NCBI GenBank assembly: GCA_965235115.1
Contig: OZ249436.1
Coordinates: 5,954,001 to 6,014,000 of the forward strand
From: Laetmonice hystrix
Lineage: Eukaryota
Reading direction: 5' to 3'
DNA length: 60,000 bases
A program made the translations under genes and the position numbers. A model generated the notes under the pieces. That model was not told the origin of the DNA and did not search any database. It saw only the letters and a list, made by a program, of their open reading frames with translations. The number at the start of each line of letters is the position of its first letter. The first letter of the stretch is position 1. This document shows, in pieces, positions 25,246-38,000 of the stretch.

Positions 25246-26376
25246 AAGTCCAATCTACCCCAGATACAAGCAAGACTGAAACAATGTTCAGTCTGAAACA
25301 AGAAAGTCCAATCTACCCCAGATACAAGCAAGACTGAAACAATGTTCAGTCTGAAACAAGAAAGTCCAATCTACCCCAGATACAAGCAAGACTGAAACAA
25401 TGTTCAGTCTGAAACAAGAAAGTCCACTCTACCCCAGATACAAGCAAGACTGAAACAATGTTCAGTCTGAAACAAGAAAGTCCACTCTACCCCAGATACA
25501 AGCAAGACTGAAACAATGTTCATTCTGAAACAAGAAAGTCCACTCTACCCCAGATACAAGTCTGAAACAAGAAAGTCCAATCTACCCCAAATACAAGTCT
25601 GAAACAAGAAAGTCCAATCTACCCCAGATACAAGTCTGAAACAAGAAAGTCCAATCTACCCCAGATACAAGCAAGACTGAAACAATGTTCAGTCTGAAAC
25701 AAGAAAGTCCACTCTACCCCAGATACAAGCAAGACTGAAACAATGTTCATTCTGAAACAAGAAAGTCCACTCTACCCCAGATACAAGTCTGAAACAAGAA
25801 AGTCCAATCTACCCCAGATACAAGCAAGACTGAAACAATGTTCAGTCTGAAACAAGAAAGTCCACTCTACCCCAGATACAAGCAAGACTGAAACAATGTT
25901 CAGTCTGAAACAAGAAAGTCCAATCTACCCCAAATACAAGTAACACTGAAACAATGTTCAGTCTAAAACAAGAAAGTCCAATCTGCCCCAGATACAAGTC
26001 TGAAACAAGAAAGTCCAATCTACCCTAGATACAAGTCTGAAATAAGAAAGTCCAATCTACCCCAGATACAAGTAAGACTGAAACAATGTTCAGTCTGAAA
26101 CAAGAAAGTCCAATCTACCCCAAATACAAGGTCTGAAACAAGAAAGTCCAATCTACCCCAGATACAAGCAAGACTGAAACAATGTTCAGTCTGAAACAAG
26201 AAAGTCCAATCTACCCCAGATACAAGCAAGACTGAAACAATGTTCAGTCTGAAACAAGAAAGTCCAATCTACCCCAGATACAAGCAACACTGAAACAATG
26301 TTCAGTCTGAAACAAGAAAATTCAATCTACCCCAGATACAAGCAACACTGAAACAATGTTCAGTCTGAAACAAGAA
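25246..26376. repeat. Minisatellite, 58-bp unit with a 37-bp deletion variant, ~21 copies
   Basis: Unit CAGATACAAGCAAGACTGAAACAATGTTCAGTCTGAAACAAGAAAGTCCAMTCTACCC; short units lack CAAGACTGAAACAATGTTCAG. Confidence 0.97.
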
Positions 26377-27536
26377 ATTTTATCTATTTATCGCAGAAGA
26401 TGTTATGCAAGCAGAAAGACTACGTGGTACTGTTGTCCCAATTCCCCGAGTAATTCATAAACTACATGTACTTGAGATTGGTTACAAGGGCTTACAACAG
26501 CACCTTCCAGTTTCATGGCCAAGAATATTTTACGAGCAAATGTTGCTGAAAACAGATGAAAGTATTTTTTTATTTATTCGTCCCAATGTGATTTTGTCGA
26601 ATTTGATCAAATCTGGTCTATCCATTCTCGGTGTTTGGGTTTAGCTCGTACATCAAAGAATGCCAGTCCAGTTCACCTTGTCAGTAACTGGGTCAGGTTC
26701 TGAAACGTTACGGTTCATATGTAATTTTGTTTTATTTTCATGTTGTTTCTTTGTATATCTGGCTATATTTCATATGGTTCTGACCATTTTAAGGCAGCAC
26801 TGCACTCAAACTTGGCTGACCATAACCTTACTAAGGACAGTCTCTGAATAGTCGTATGACATCCAAGGTGAAGACTGAAAACGGACGATATTTTATAAAT
26901 ATTTAGGGAAAAAATACAGGTCTTCATATAAAGTAGTTATTATCCTTATCCGGGATAAAATTTGAAAAAAGCTGCAGTCAGAGAGCGAACACGAGGCGTA
27001 TATTGAGCAGGCCTTCACCAAACCAACGTGCTCTGTGAGGTTTCGATACTTGGCGTGAAGCCGCCAGCTTCTCATAGGGGGCAGCACTGAGGTCTCTTGT
27101 ACTTATCCGTGTTTCTCTGTGTACACTGACTAGTTTAGTGTTTAACGTTTTCACTTTTTAAATATATCATAACTAGTAAAAAAGCAGTTTTCTGTATGTT
27201 TATTGTTTATTGTACTCTGCCATTTTATTTTTCCATAGGTAAACATAGAGGGGAAGATCTATTTGTGTTTGTGCGTGAGCATCGCCCTTCATCATGGACT
27301 TATCTGGTCGCCATGTCTTTCATGTTACGTAGAACGAGATAAGAACTGTGTGTCTTGTTCATCACGCCATCTGTCAGTCTGATTGCACATATTACACTTG
27401 AGATGTTCAAGTTGTGGTGTTCCCTTCTGCCCGTACTGTCGGTAAATGGGTGCAGAGTGGTCAGACTGAAGCTAGGGCCATTTTCCAGCTCAGTGCTTCA
27501 GCCGTTCAAGGCCCATGGTCCATTGAAGAAACTTAC

Positions 27537-27727
27537 AGTAGCCGATTATAGAGGAAGTTTTGTCTGTACTCGGGCATGCTAAAGGCTGGTGCCACAGCTT
27601 CTGGCTTGGCTGTTGTGGGTGAGCCCCTTGCTGGGAGAGCTGTCAGGATGCTTGTCAGGCTTTCTTGTCGGCTGTCAAACTGTATATGTCTGCGCCTTGT
27701 CAGTGAGGCCTTCCTACAACCGGTCAT
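27537..27727 (-). CDS. Candidate first coding exon (MTGCRKASLTRRRHIQFDS...YRQNFLYNRL), unknown protein
   Basis: ATG at 27727 with an upstream in-frame stop; open to the consensus donor CT|GTAAGT (phase 2); carries RKAS and RHIQF short motifs. Confidence 0.3.
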
Positions 27728-28500
27728 TGAAACTCCACCTAATTTTTGTGTACACCAGGGAGATTACAGGGCGGTCGTGGTCGAGAAGGGGCTGCTGGTA
27801 CGGTCGCTTGCCTTTTGATTGCTTTACTTTGAAAATGATTGTCTCCTTGGGAGGTTTGCTGTGCTTTCAATCCACACGCCTGCTTTCTCGGCACCCCTCA
27901 GCCTCTTCAGACTGGCTCTCACATCACTCGGGCAGTCATCAGCTTTGATCCCCTAAAACATCTCCGTTTACCTTTCTCACTTCCCCTCTCTCTGCTCGTA
28001 AATAGTCCCTGCACATTCCTACACGCTGTGACCATTTGCACCGGGCCCCTGAGCGAGCCTGAGTGGGTTCCCCGTCATGTCAGGTCCCATCAGAGTAGAC
28101 CGAGTGCTGATAAGACAGAGATCTTCTTCACGAGACCATGTGCCCAATTCTGTTAGAGCTGCGTGGCCAACATAGCTCAGATAGTGACATCAAAGCCAGT
28201 TATCTGAAGGCGGAGAGGCTGAGGGGACGGCCGCTGTACACCACAGCCCGCCCGCCTACATGACCTGTTCTATCATACTGACAACACGGCCACGGCCGCC
28301 CGGGGAGGGAGGCTGGGCCGGGCCGGGGAGGGAGGCACGCAGGGCCGGGCTGGGCTGGGCGAGCACCCCTCAAACGGCTCGTCTACCTGCCACAGTGAAA
28401 AATGGAGGCAGGCCAAGTGTCCCGGCACGTCTGATTAGATATAGCTAGGTTTGAAGGGATATATCATCAACGTGATTAAAGTGATTAATCGACATCTCAC

Positions 28501-28548
28501 TTGTCGACTTTTTTAATAGTAGAATTTTCAAGGAATGTACCAGAATTT
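28501..28548 (-). CDS. Candidate 48-nt cassette exon
   Basis: Long minus-strand pyrimidine tract (28556-28630), TAG acceptor, AA|GTGAGA donor. Length divisible by 3; two frames open (e.g. NSGTFLENSTIKKVD). Confidence 0.25.
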
Positions 28549-28850
28549 CTACCCGAATGAAGAGAGAGAGGGATGGAGTGGGCAAAGAGAGAGGAAAGTG
28601 AGGAAAAAGTGAGAGGTAGACAGAGAATAAGTGGCCAACATCCTGGCAGTGATGTTGCTGTCATGATCAATGAGATGAGAACCGTCGAGAGATACAGCAG
28701 ATGCCTAAATGGCACACCTATTCCCGGGCTGCCTGAAAAGAAGCCAAGTGGTCAGCTGAAGAGATTATCCGAAGACGTCTCAACAGATTATCCCAGAGAA
28801 TATGGCGATGTCTAGCAGCCCTGAGTTCAGGTTTCAAGTTTTGTGTGTAA

Positions 28851-29438
28851 CGGTCGCCAGTAGATGGGTATGGATCTACATGAAACCTTTCACGGTCCAC
28901 AGTAGATGGGTATGGACCTACATGAAACCTTTCACGGTCCACAGTAGATGGGTATGGACCTACATGAAACCTTTCACGGTCCACAGTAGATGGGTATGGA
29001 CCTACATGAAACCTTTCACGGTCCACAGTAGATGGGTATGGACCTACATGAAACCTTTCACGGTCCACAGTAGATGGGTATGGACCTACATGAAACCTTT
29101 CACGGTCCACAGTAGATGGGTATGGACCTACATGAAACCTTTCACGGTCCACAGTAGATGGGTATGGACCTACATGAAACCTTTCACGGTCGCCAGTAGA
29201 TGGGTATGGACCTACATGAAACCTATCACGGTCCACAGTAGATGGGTATGGACCTACATGAAACCTTTCACGGTCCACAGTAGATGGGTATGGACCTACA
29301 TGAAACCTTTCACGGTCCACAGTAGATGGGTATGGACCTACATGAAACCTTTCACGGTCCACAGTAGATGGGTATGGACCTACATGAAACCTTTCACGGT
29401 CCACAGTAGATGGGTATGGACCTACATGAAACCGTTCA
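28851..29438. repeat. Highly homogeneous minisatellite, 42-bp unit, ~14 copies
   Basis: Unit CACGGTCCACAGTAGATGGGTATGGACCTACATGAAACCTTT. Confidence 0.98.
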
Positions 29439-31139
29439 CCCTACAAGACACTGGCAGGTTGCTCTACATTAAAAACAAGGCGGACAGTAATACAGATGGG
29501 GGCACACGGACAGTAGTACAGATGGGGACACACAACAGCCGACATGTGTCCGGGTGAAGTAAGGAAGTGAAGTGGCACAGCTGGCCGTCAGCTGGAGCCT
29601 TGTAAACTTTTAAAACGATGACTGTGCCTCCTTCTTTCAGGCCACGGTTGGGTTGAGTATCAAGAATAAGACCATCGAAAAGTTTGTTTTGCTTGAACTT
29701 GATGAGACGGAGATGTACACCAGCTTGTATTTGGAATATTTAGCAGTGAAGTTAGTTTGATGTTATAAAGCATGGCTTTGTGATGAATCCTGGGACTTAG
29801 ATCGGGAACTGGGAAAGTGGAGACTGAAGCTTTGTGAGTAGATGGACCATTTAATTTAGTGCGAGCGCCAGGGAGCAGGTTTTACTTGGCGAGTGCTGGT
29901 CTGCGCCGGCGCTAGGCTGGCGCTGGTGAAGCATGTGCTGAGTTGTACTGACACCACCCCCTGATCGCTCCATTCAACCCCACACACAAACTGTCAGTTT
30001 TTCTCTTCTGGCCTTCCTCACCAGCCTCAAAACTGTCACTAGGATCAAAGTGTTCAACATAAACTACTCTGGTTACGGCGAGGGGATGAAGGGTTCGCGC
30101 CTTCTGTTACACAGCCACAACTGGCCGCTTGTTTCTGCCGCTGCAACTTGAAAGGCCTGCATCCCTGCTCCCTCCCTCCTCCAGTAGGCTCCCTCCCTCC
30201 TCCAGTAATCTCCGGAATTTCATCCCGACCCTGGAGACCTCGATCAAAAAGACAAACAGTTTTCCTTCCGACATAGATGGCTGATTTATTCACACCATGC
30301 CAGGCACTGACGACGGCTACTCGCTGTTTTCCGCCGTCTGTGTGAACTACATGATTGATAAAAAGAGGACATACAATATCTCTTACATTAAAGTGGATTG
30401 TTCTCAAACGACTGACCCTTTTTAGATCTGTGTTTGGTATTTTGCAGTTGTTTAGCACCCAGTATTAAAGCTGGGTGGTATGGATCATGTCTTGCATGGG
30501 CACGAAACAGACAGACAGATTTGACAGTATGTTTACAAATGGAGCAGGGCAGCGAGCGGCGAGCTCTAGTGATTGGCTAGTATATTTACAAATGGTGCGT
30601 GGGGCCAAGGTCAGAGGTGACAAATGAAGTCGACATGGGAGGAGAGAACCTGCTCGGACCTGCCAGGCCTGACGAGCTCTGGGCTGTGTCACTCACCACC
30701 TCGCCCAGCACCGGCCCCTGCAGCCAGGCAACCCGGCCGCCCAGACTTCTCGTCCCCGGTCTCACCAGAATCACCACTTTTTGTGCTTCATCAAAAGTGA
30801 GGAGAGACTGTCAGACTGTCTAGCAAACAGATATTGCTGACATCCTGTGGTCAGTTGGAGCCTAGGGACAGTTTCTGTGTGTGTTCTCTTTGTGTGGTGA
30901 ATATACCAGGCACAGGCCAAATATTTATCCTGGACGCTTAGATGGTTGAGCGTGTAAGAAATGAAAGCTTTGTGTTTAGGAAATTGGCAAAGGGCAGCAG
31001 TGTATGGGGCATGGCTATAGTGCTCCTAGGGGTATGGGACACAGTAACATTTTAATGGACTGTGACACACAGTAATACTCAATGTCAGTGGGGTACAATT
31101 ATATTAGGCGCTCTATGGGACACAGCAATTCTCACAGAA

Positions 31140-32492
31140 TTATGGGACACGGATTAGTGCGGCATTGAACGGCATGTTCAGTTCTGTGTGAGACAGAGTA
31201 ATGTTGATATGGGACACGGTCATGTTCAGTGCTGTGTGGGGAGTAATGTTGGCATGGGACACGGTCATGTTCAGTGCTGTGTGGGGAGTAATGTTGGTAT
31301 GGGACACGGTCATGTTCAGTGCTGTGTAAGACAGTAATGCTGGTATGGGACACGGTCATGTTCAGTGCTGTGTGAGACAGTAATGTTGGTATGGGACACC
31401 GTCATGTTCAGTGCTGTGTGAGACAGTAATGTTAGTATGGGACACGGTCATGTTCAGTGCTGTGTGGGGAGTAATGTTGGCATGGGACACGGTCATGTTC
31501 AGTGCTGTGTGGGGAGTAATGTTGGTATGGGACACCGTCATGTTCAGTGCTGTGTGAGACAGTAATGTTGGTATGGGACACCGTCATGTTCAGTGCTGTG
31601 TGAGACAGTAATGTTGGTATGGGACACCGTCATGTTCAGTGCTGTGTGAGACAGTAATGTTGGTATGGGACACGGTCATGTTCAGTTCTGTGTGAGACAG
31701 AGTAATGTTGGTATGGGACACCGTCATGTTCAGTGCTGTGTGAGACAGAGTAATGTTGATATGGGACACGGTCATGTTCAGTGCTGTGTGGGGAGTAATG
31801 TTGGTATGGGACACCGTCATGTTCAGTGCTGTGTGGGGAGTAATGTTGGTATGGGACACCGTCATGTTCAGTGCTGTGTGGGGAGTAATGTTGGTACGGG
31901 ACACCGTCATGTTCAGTGCTGTGTGAGACAGAGCAATGTTGGTATGGGACACCGTCATGTTCAGTGCTGTGTGAGACAGTAATGTTGGTATGGGACACCG
32001 TCATGTTCAGTGCTGTGTGAGACAGAGTAATGTTGGTATGGGACACCGTCATGTTCAGTGCTGTGTGAGACAGTAATGTTGGTATGGGACACCGTCATGT
32101 TCAGTGCTGTGTGAGACAGTAATGTTCGTATGGGACACCGTCATGTTCAGTGCTGTGTGAGACAGAGTAATGTTGGTATGGGACACCGTCATGTTCAGTG
32201 CTGTGTGAGACAGTAATGTTGGAATGGACACTGTCATGTTCAGTGCTGTGTGGGGAGTAATGTTGGCATGGGACACCGTCATGTTCAGTGCTGTGTGGGG
32301 AGTAATGTTTGTATGGGACACCGTCATGTTCAGTGCTGTGTGAGACAGAGTAATGCTGGTATGGGGCACAGTCATGTTCAATGCTGTGCGAGACAGATGT
32401 TCAATGCTGTGTGCGACAGAGTAATGTTGGTATGGGACACCGTCATGTTCAGTGCTGTGTGAGACAGTAATGTTGGTATGGGACACTGTCAT
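31140..32492. repeat. Minisatellite, 45/46/48-bp unit variants, ~29 copies
   Basis: Unit GTAATGTTGGTATGGGACACSGTCATGTTCAGTGCTGTGT followed by GAGACA, GAGACAGA or GGGGA. Confidence 0.97.
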
Positions 32493-34505
32493 ACTAAGTT
32501 CGGCATGAGTGTATACAGTGTTGACTGGTAATGATGGTTAGTGTTGTGCGACAGAGAAGTAAATCGTTTGTTAAACGTCTGATGCTCGTCATGTCAAATC
32601 CATGAACGATATACGAATTATCATTCTACAACGGTTTCCCACATGTGATGGCACGACTGTAAGCAGATATGACTTGATTTGAAATGTATAAAACTATGTA
32701 GAAAAAGAATGTAGCAAAATCAGAAAGAAAAAAGAATGCGACGGGGGTTAGCACAGTTGTCTGGCAGTGAATGGTAAGGAGTAACGTGGTCGTAATGAGG
32801 ATCTGTCTGCTCTATCTGTGCTGCTCGTTGCAGGTATTATCTTTGTCAAGCGTGACCTGTATGCGGCAATATCTTGCTGACAGTCCATATTTCGGACGAG
32901 GCCCAATGTGCCACCGCCTGTCTCAACCACAAGACACGCCTGTCGACTGAAGCCCGCTCATCCCACTGCAGCGTTATAAATATTCCATAACCACCTAAAT
33001 AAATAAAAAATGGCTTGTCACTCGCATGTTATGCTTATCCTCGTCTTCAGCACCTAATGGAGTTAGAATTGGTGACAAATCTACGTGTTTCTGGCCGCTG
33101 ACAGTCGCGCCAACCACACCCTGCTTGGCTTGCTCAATGAAATGGCTTTTTTGCCGCAAGGATTTAGTACGCCATCTGAGGTTAGGTGGGTCTTTTGTCT
33201 GTTAGCCTAACAAGAATCCTGGCGATTTATGGCTGCTTCCGTCCCGTTTTTCGCCGTGAATTATGGGAGGTAATCAGAGAAACCCGTCCTCCTTGGCTCA
33301 TAAATATTAACTATTGTATTAAACAAATTACACATATGGCATTCAGCTGTGATTATCAAAGGAGAGCGGTCTGTTTGGACTGACGGCCTGTAGATCAAGG
33401 CAGCTGGTGGGTGAAGAAAGACATGCTCACCGCCTTTCATGGCAGCCAGAATCTTTTTCGGGACAAATCATGTCGACTTCTTGAATCTGTTTTGCCTTTA
33501 ACATTTAATTGTATGCCTACCGGTACATGTGCTTCGGATGACCATAATAGTCGAAGAAAAGTGTTGGCGTGATTGTTGTAGACAACAGATTCATGTAGAT
33601 GTTAGTGGAATCTTTGTATTGATCAGGATGTGAAGTTTTAATAATACGTACTTATGTCTGTAAATGAAATGACCCTCGGTTGTTTCTATTGGACATGAAT
33701 GGGGATTCCTAGTTACCGTTTCTCGAGTAAGTTGAATCCGAACACGGTATGTCCGAACCTCACGAACGTCTAAATGAGATGATCAGTGGGGTATTTCACA
33801 CTAAAAATGTAAGGTGCCCTGAAGGGAAATCTGAGACAAGTGTTCTGATTGTCAAAGATGGTTTCTTTGAGAGGAGGAAACAAGGCGAGGTAATGACTTA
33901 CACCTCACGATGTGCACACACATTGACCATGTGTGATTGACCTTGGTATTCACAGTGACGTTACTCATTGCGAGTGACAGTTAGGGGGAAGTCGTTGATA
34001 GTCAGTCTCCGTGGCCTCAGGTATGTCATCAGTGATGATTACGTGCCTGAATGTTATTTCTATATGATGGGGTCATTCCCCGAGGCTGTCCTTAGCGTCT
34101 GTCAGTGGGGCCCTGAGGAAGGGCTTTAGACCTGGGCAAGCAGGAGGGGTCGGTGTGCCCCGCGGGCAGACACCATGCTGCCAATTACCAACCCCCATTG
34201 TCTGTGACAGCAGCACAAACGAGGAATGATCACCGGCCACATCAGAGCTGACAAACACTGAAGATTAATTACAAATGAAGACTGTCAGCTGATCATATTT
34301 GGCTATTTATGACAAGGCCTGACGCAGATCAAAGCAAGCCTCGAGGTATCTAGGGGATGCGTGGACCTTGTCAGGTCCGCCAGGGCAGTTTCCGCAGGGG
34401 GGTTGTCAGGGTCAGTTAGAGGCGGCCCGTCGCTACATGATCAGTTGTCATGGTCACTTTGTCTGAGACGCCGAGGAGCCAAGAGCCCACAAGGCAAAAA
34501 CTTAC

Positions 34506-34731
34506 CCAGAGGAAAAGTCTCCAAGCTGTCGGGGCTAATTTTACTCGCCTCAACTTCATACTTACTCAGGTCTACCGAAGGTTGGAGATAGTGCACGGCA
34601 TGGCCTGCAGGTCGATCGGGCGGTTTATTTCGGGTGCAATGGCTAGCTGTCTGTGGCAGCGGCGGCGGCAGGCTGGCCCTCCCGGGATCCCTTGCACGTG
34701 GATGGTGCCAGTCGCTGGTAGGATCCAAAGT
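34506..34731 (-). CDS. Candidate internal exon with two in-frame donors
   Basis: Acceptor GTTTTGATCTCTTTTAG|; open frame TLDPTSDWHHPRARDPGRASLPPPLPQ...; GTAAGT donors after 34566 and 34506, exactly 60 nt apart. Confidence 0.3.
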
Positions 34732-34767
34732 CTAAAAGAGATCAAAACACCCAGTGATGGACACCCC

Positions 34768-34814
34768 GGCCAGCCGGCCAGCCAGCCAGCCAGCCAGCCA
34801 GCTAGCTAGCCAGC

Positions 34815-34845
<31 letters not shown>

Positions 34846-35077
34846 CAAGCCAGCAAGCCAGCCAGCCAGCCAGCCAGCAAGCCAGCAAGCCAGCCGGCCA
34901 GCCGACCAACCGCCCAGCCAGCCAGCCAGCCAACCAGCCAGCCGGCCGGCCAGCCAGCCAGCCAGTCAGCAAGCCAGCCAGCCAGCCGGCCGGCCAGCAA
35001 GCCAGCCAGCCGGCTAGCCAGCCAACCAGCCAGCCAGCCAGCCAGCAAGCCAGCCAGCCAGAGCCAGCCAGCCAGCA
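34768..35077. repeat. (GCCA)n tetranucleotide microsatellite
   Basis: Imperfect GCCA/GCCG/GCAA run of ~310 bp. Confidence 0.97.
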
Positions 35078-38000
35078 GGGGGAGTTGTTCGCTGCCAATG
35101 GTTATGTAATTGACATGCAAGGATTGCAGCATGATTAATTATCCATTTGTCAAGTGTTGACAAGAAGGCAGGAGCAGAATGCCCTGTCACTCAACACCAG
35201 GCGAAGTGAACCTCTGGATCAAGTACATGTCAAACGGCGCCTGCAGAAGATGTTAGGGTGCCGGACACAAACTGGGAGATCAATTCTTGCTACTGATACG
35301 TGTCGATTTGTAAGTAATGGTCATCCCAATCACATAGTGTTTGAGGACATCGAATTCATTCATCATTCATCATTTCTTGAATGACCTATTTTCAAGAAGA
35401 TCTTGTTTCACAGTTGATCATATTATCCGACATGGAATATGCTGGAATGTGTTGGAAGGAACTGAGTGGAAATAGAAGCTGTCTTATGTTACACAACCTC
35501 ACAGGAGATCCATGTAACTCTGTTTATCTGTTTTTGCTAACTCTGTCGGCCTCACAGTATTTCACCATTATACCCATACATAGCATTTATTCATTTATAT
35601 AAAGGACGTTAATGTTACATCCTTTGTACAAGAGTTTTCATAAAGATGGCACCAACAGGATACCATAATATCGTAATGTATTTAATAAGGATTGATAAGA
35701 GCTATGGAGTATCACAACTACGAGTTAGATTTTTATTGTGCTAAAGGATGGGATGAATAATGATAATAAAGAACGGGTAACACAATGCATTATGTCAGAT
35801 AATAGCACGATTAACTCGAGTATAATGATGAATATGTTGAGATAATGTTATTAAGATGGCTGTAGGAATTGAGTTGAACCTTGCGGGACCCTAGCAATAT
35901 TTGTTTTGTGAACAATACTTGCCGTTATACATTCTGAGATGAGAAATGTTGATAGTTTGACCCGAGGGTGTACATCATATCAGACCCACTCTGATTTATT
36001 ATAACTTGTTTGGGTTGTATGGAGCAAACTGTAATGGAATGATTGTGGTGGGGAGGGAGGGCAGGGATGGAGTTGAGACCGGTGGTAGAGAAGATAGTTG
36101 GTGTAGAGCAGGGGTGGGCTGACAGCGACTGATGGATTATGGCAGTGATAGATTGGGAGCTGTCAACAGGTCTTCTGGCCCCGTCTCGCCACCCTGTACC
36201 CTGAGCACCACCTCCCAGTGCCCACCCTCCCTCACTCGCTCACATTCCATACATTGGCCATGACCGCTGTGGGCGGCCTCGGCTATTGTTAAACATAACT
36301 GATGTGATTGGAAGTGGGCCGTGAATATGCGTAAAATGCCTATTTCATGAGGCTGGTCATGGGGTACTAATGTGAGTAACGCTCGGCCCAGCAGCCTCAT
36401 CTTCCCTGGCGGTAGGAGCATTGGAGAGCACGGGATGGCACGGAAAGGTTTGTCTGACTGCTGCGAATACTGCGTACCAGGTGTGAGGCTCCAACTGGCC
36501 TGCTCAAGTAGTAACCAAACTCCTCCCAGTCCCCGTCTAACGACTTTCTGAGATGAATAGTCTTGGAATAATTTAGGTATCCCGAGAGTATTTAGGAGGA
36601 TTACTGTTTTAAATATCACGGGTCAAAGAGGAAATTTGTTTAAGAAGGCTTCTAGAAAGAACTGTTGGTTGTGGGCTCGTTAGGGCTGGGCCTGTTGGCC
36701 GGGGAGACAAGCTGCTCAGAAGTAGCAAGAGTCAGAGGGTTCTTTAAGGCTCTCTCTCTCTCTTGGGAAGCTGGTTGATCTGTTCTCTAGCCCCACCCAC
36801 TGGACTGGCAATTTCCTCTTACAGGAATCGTTGACACATTTTATTGAATCGGCCATTTCTCAGGGCGTAACGAGGGAGTTGATTTCCTATTTAGTCAGCG
36901 CTGTGGTTGTAGCTCGCAGGAAGTCTATTTGTCGCCCGTAGTCTGACCTCCATGTAAAACATCAATAATTAGCTTGTAAGTTTCAGCCCCTGTGCAGCTG
37001 CCAATGAAATTAGGATAACGAAGTAGTTCTGCCGCGGAACATTTGGACATCGATCCAACGCACAGCCGAATACAAACCTCATTGGGCAATTGCACACCTT
37101 CACCGCATGCCCGAAGAGAAAACGCGGCCACATAATTCTCCGTTGCCCAAATATCGGAGCGTTGCTGTGTAAGCCGGCGGTAGTCTGTGGTATGTGAAAG
37201 TGAAGAAGATGAAGAATCGTAACCAGCGGCTCCGCCGTGTCAGGCTGTTGTGAGATCACATGGATTGCGCGCCTCTGAAGCTGCTCCTCTCGAGCGCTGC
37301 TGCCTTTCATTTGCCTTTCCAATGGCACGGTTCGCTGGCGGCAGGACCTCTTCAGTGCACACTTCCGACAGGTGGCGCGTACATAACACATTTGTGGAAG
37401 GATACGGTGCGAACAAGTCACTACAAAGTTGATTAGTTTGGCCGGGGGCGGGCAGGAGGCAGAACCTAAAGGGTGTCGTAATAAACTCGGGCATGATTTT
37501 ATCCAGAATTAGTCACTGCTCTTTACATACATTCACGGGTGGAGGAGGGCGTGTTGAAGTGATGAGGACATGTACGACTCCAACACTTGCACCGGTCTGG
37601 TGTACAGTACACGTGAGGAACCAGTGGTCAAGATCAGTGGGAGGAGGGGAATAGATGGTGGATTACCAATTAGTCTACCGACATTGGGGCCCAACTCATG
37701 TTTACATCTTTGTTGCTTAAACACCAAATGGAAAGAAATGTACCGCTCCTATAAATTCTAACTTGTTAAAGAAAGACTCATGAAAAGAATAGCTTAGCGA
37801 TGGCTTTACAGTGTAACACAGCGAGGGGAGTTATTGATGATGATAATGGCGGCACTGTGAAGCGTTGTATTACGCTTTGATGAGAGGGGGTGCTACATCG
37901 TGCTTTCAGGTGCTGAGGTTGCAAGGAAGGCATTTGTTAAAGTTGAGAGGCCTTGATGAGTTCAGCATTAAGGAGGCCGGTTGATAAGGAAGGCTGGAGG

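Noticed and set aside
25246..26376. CRISPR-like appearance (regular repeats with an internal palindrome)
   Set aside because: No unique spacers, no cas genes, and a eukaryotic context. The same applies to every other array in the window.
36137..37494. Non-repetitive ORFs of 150-160 aa on minus
   Set aside because: Non-ATG starts, no recognisable domain and no convincing splice boundaries.
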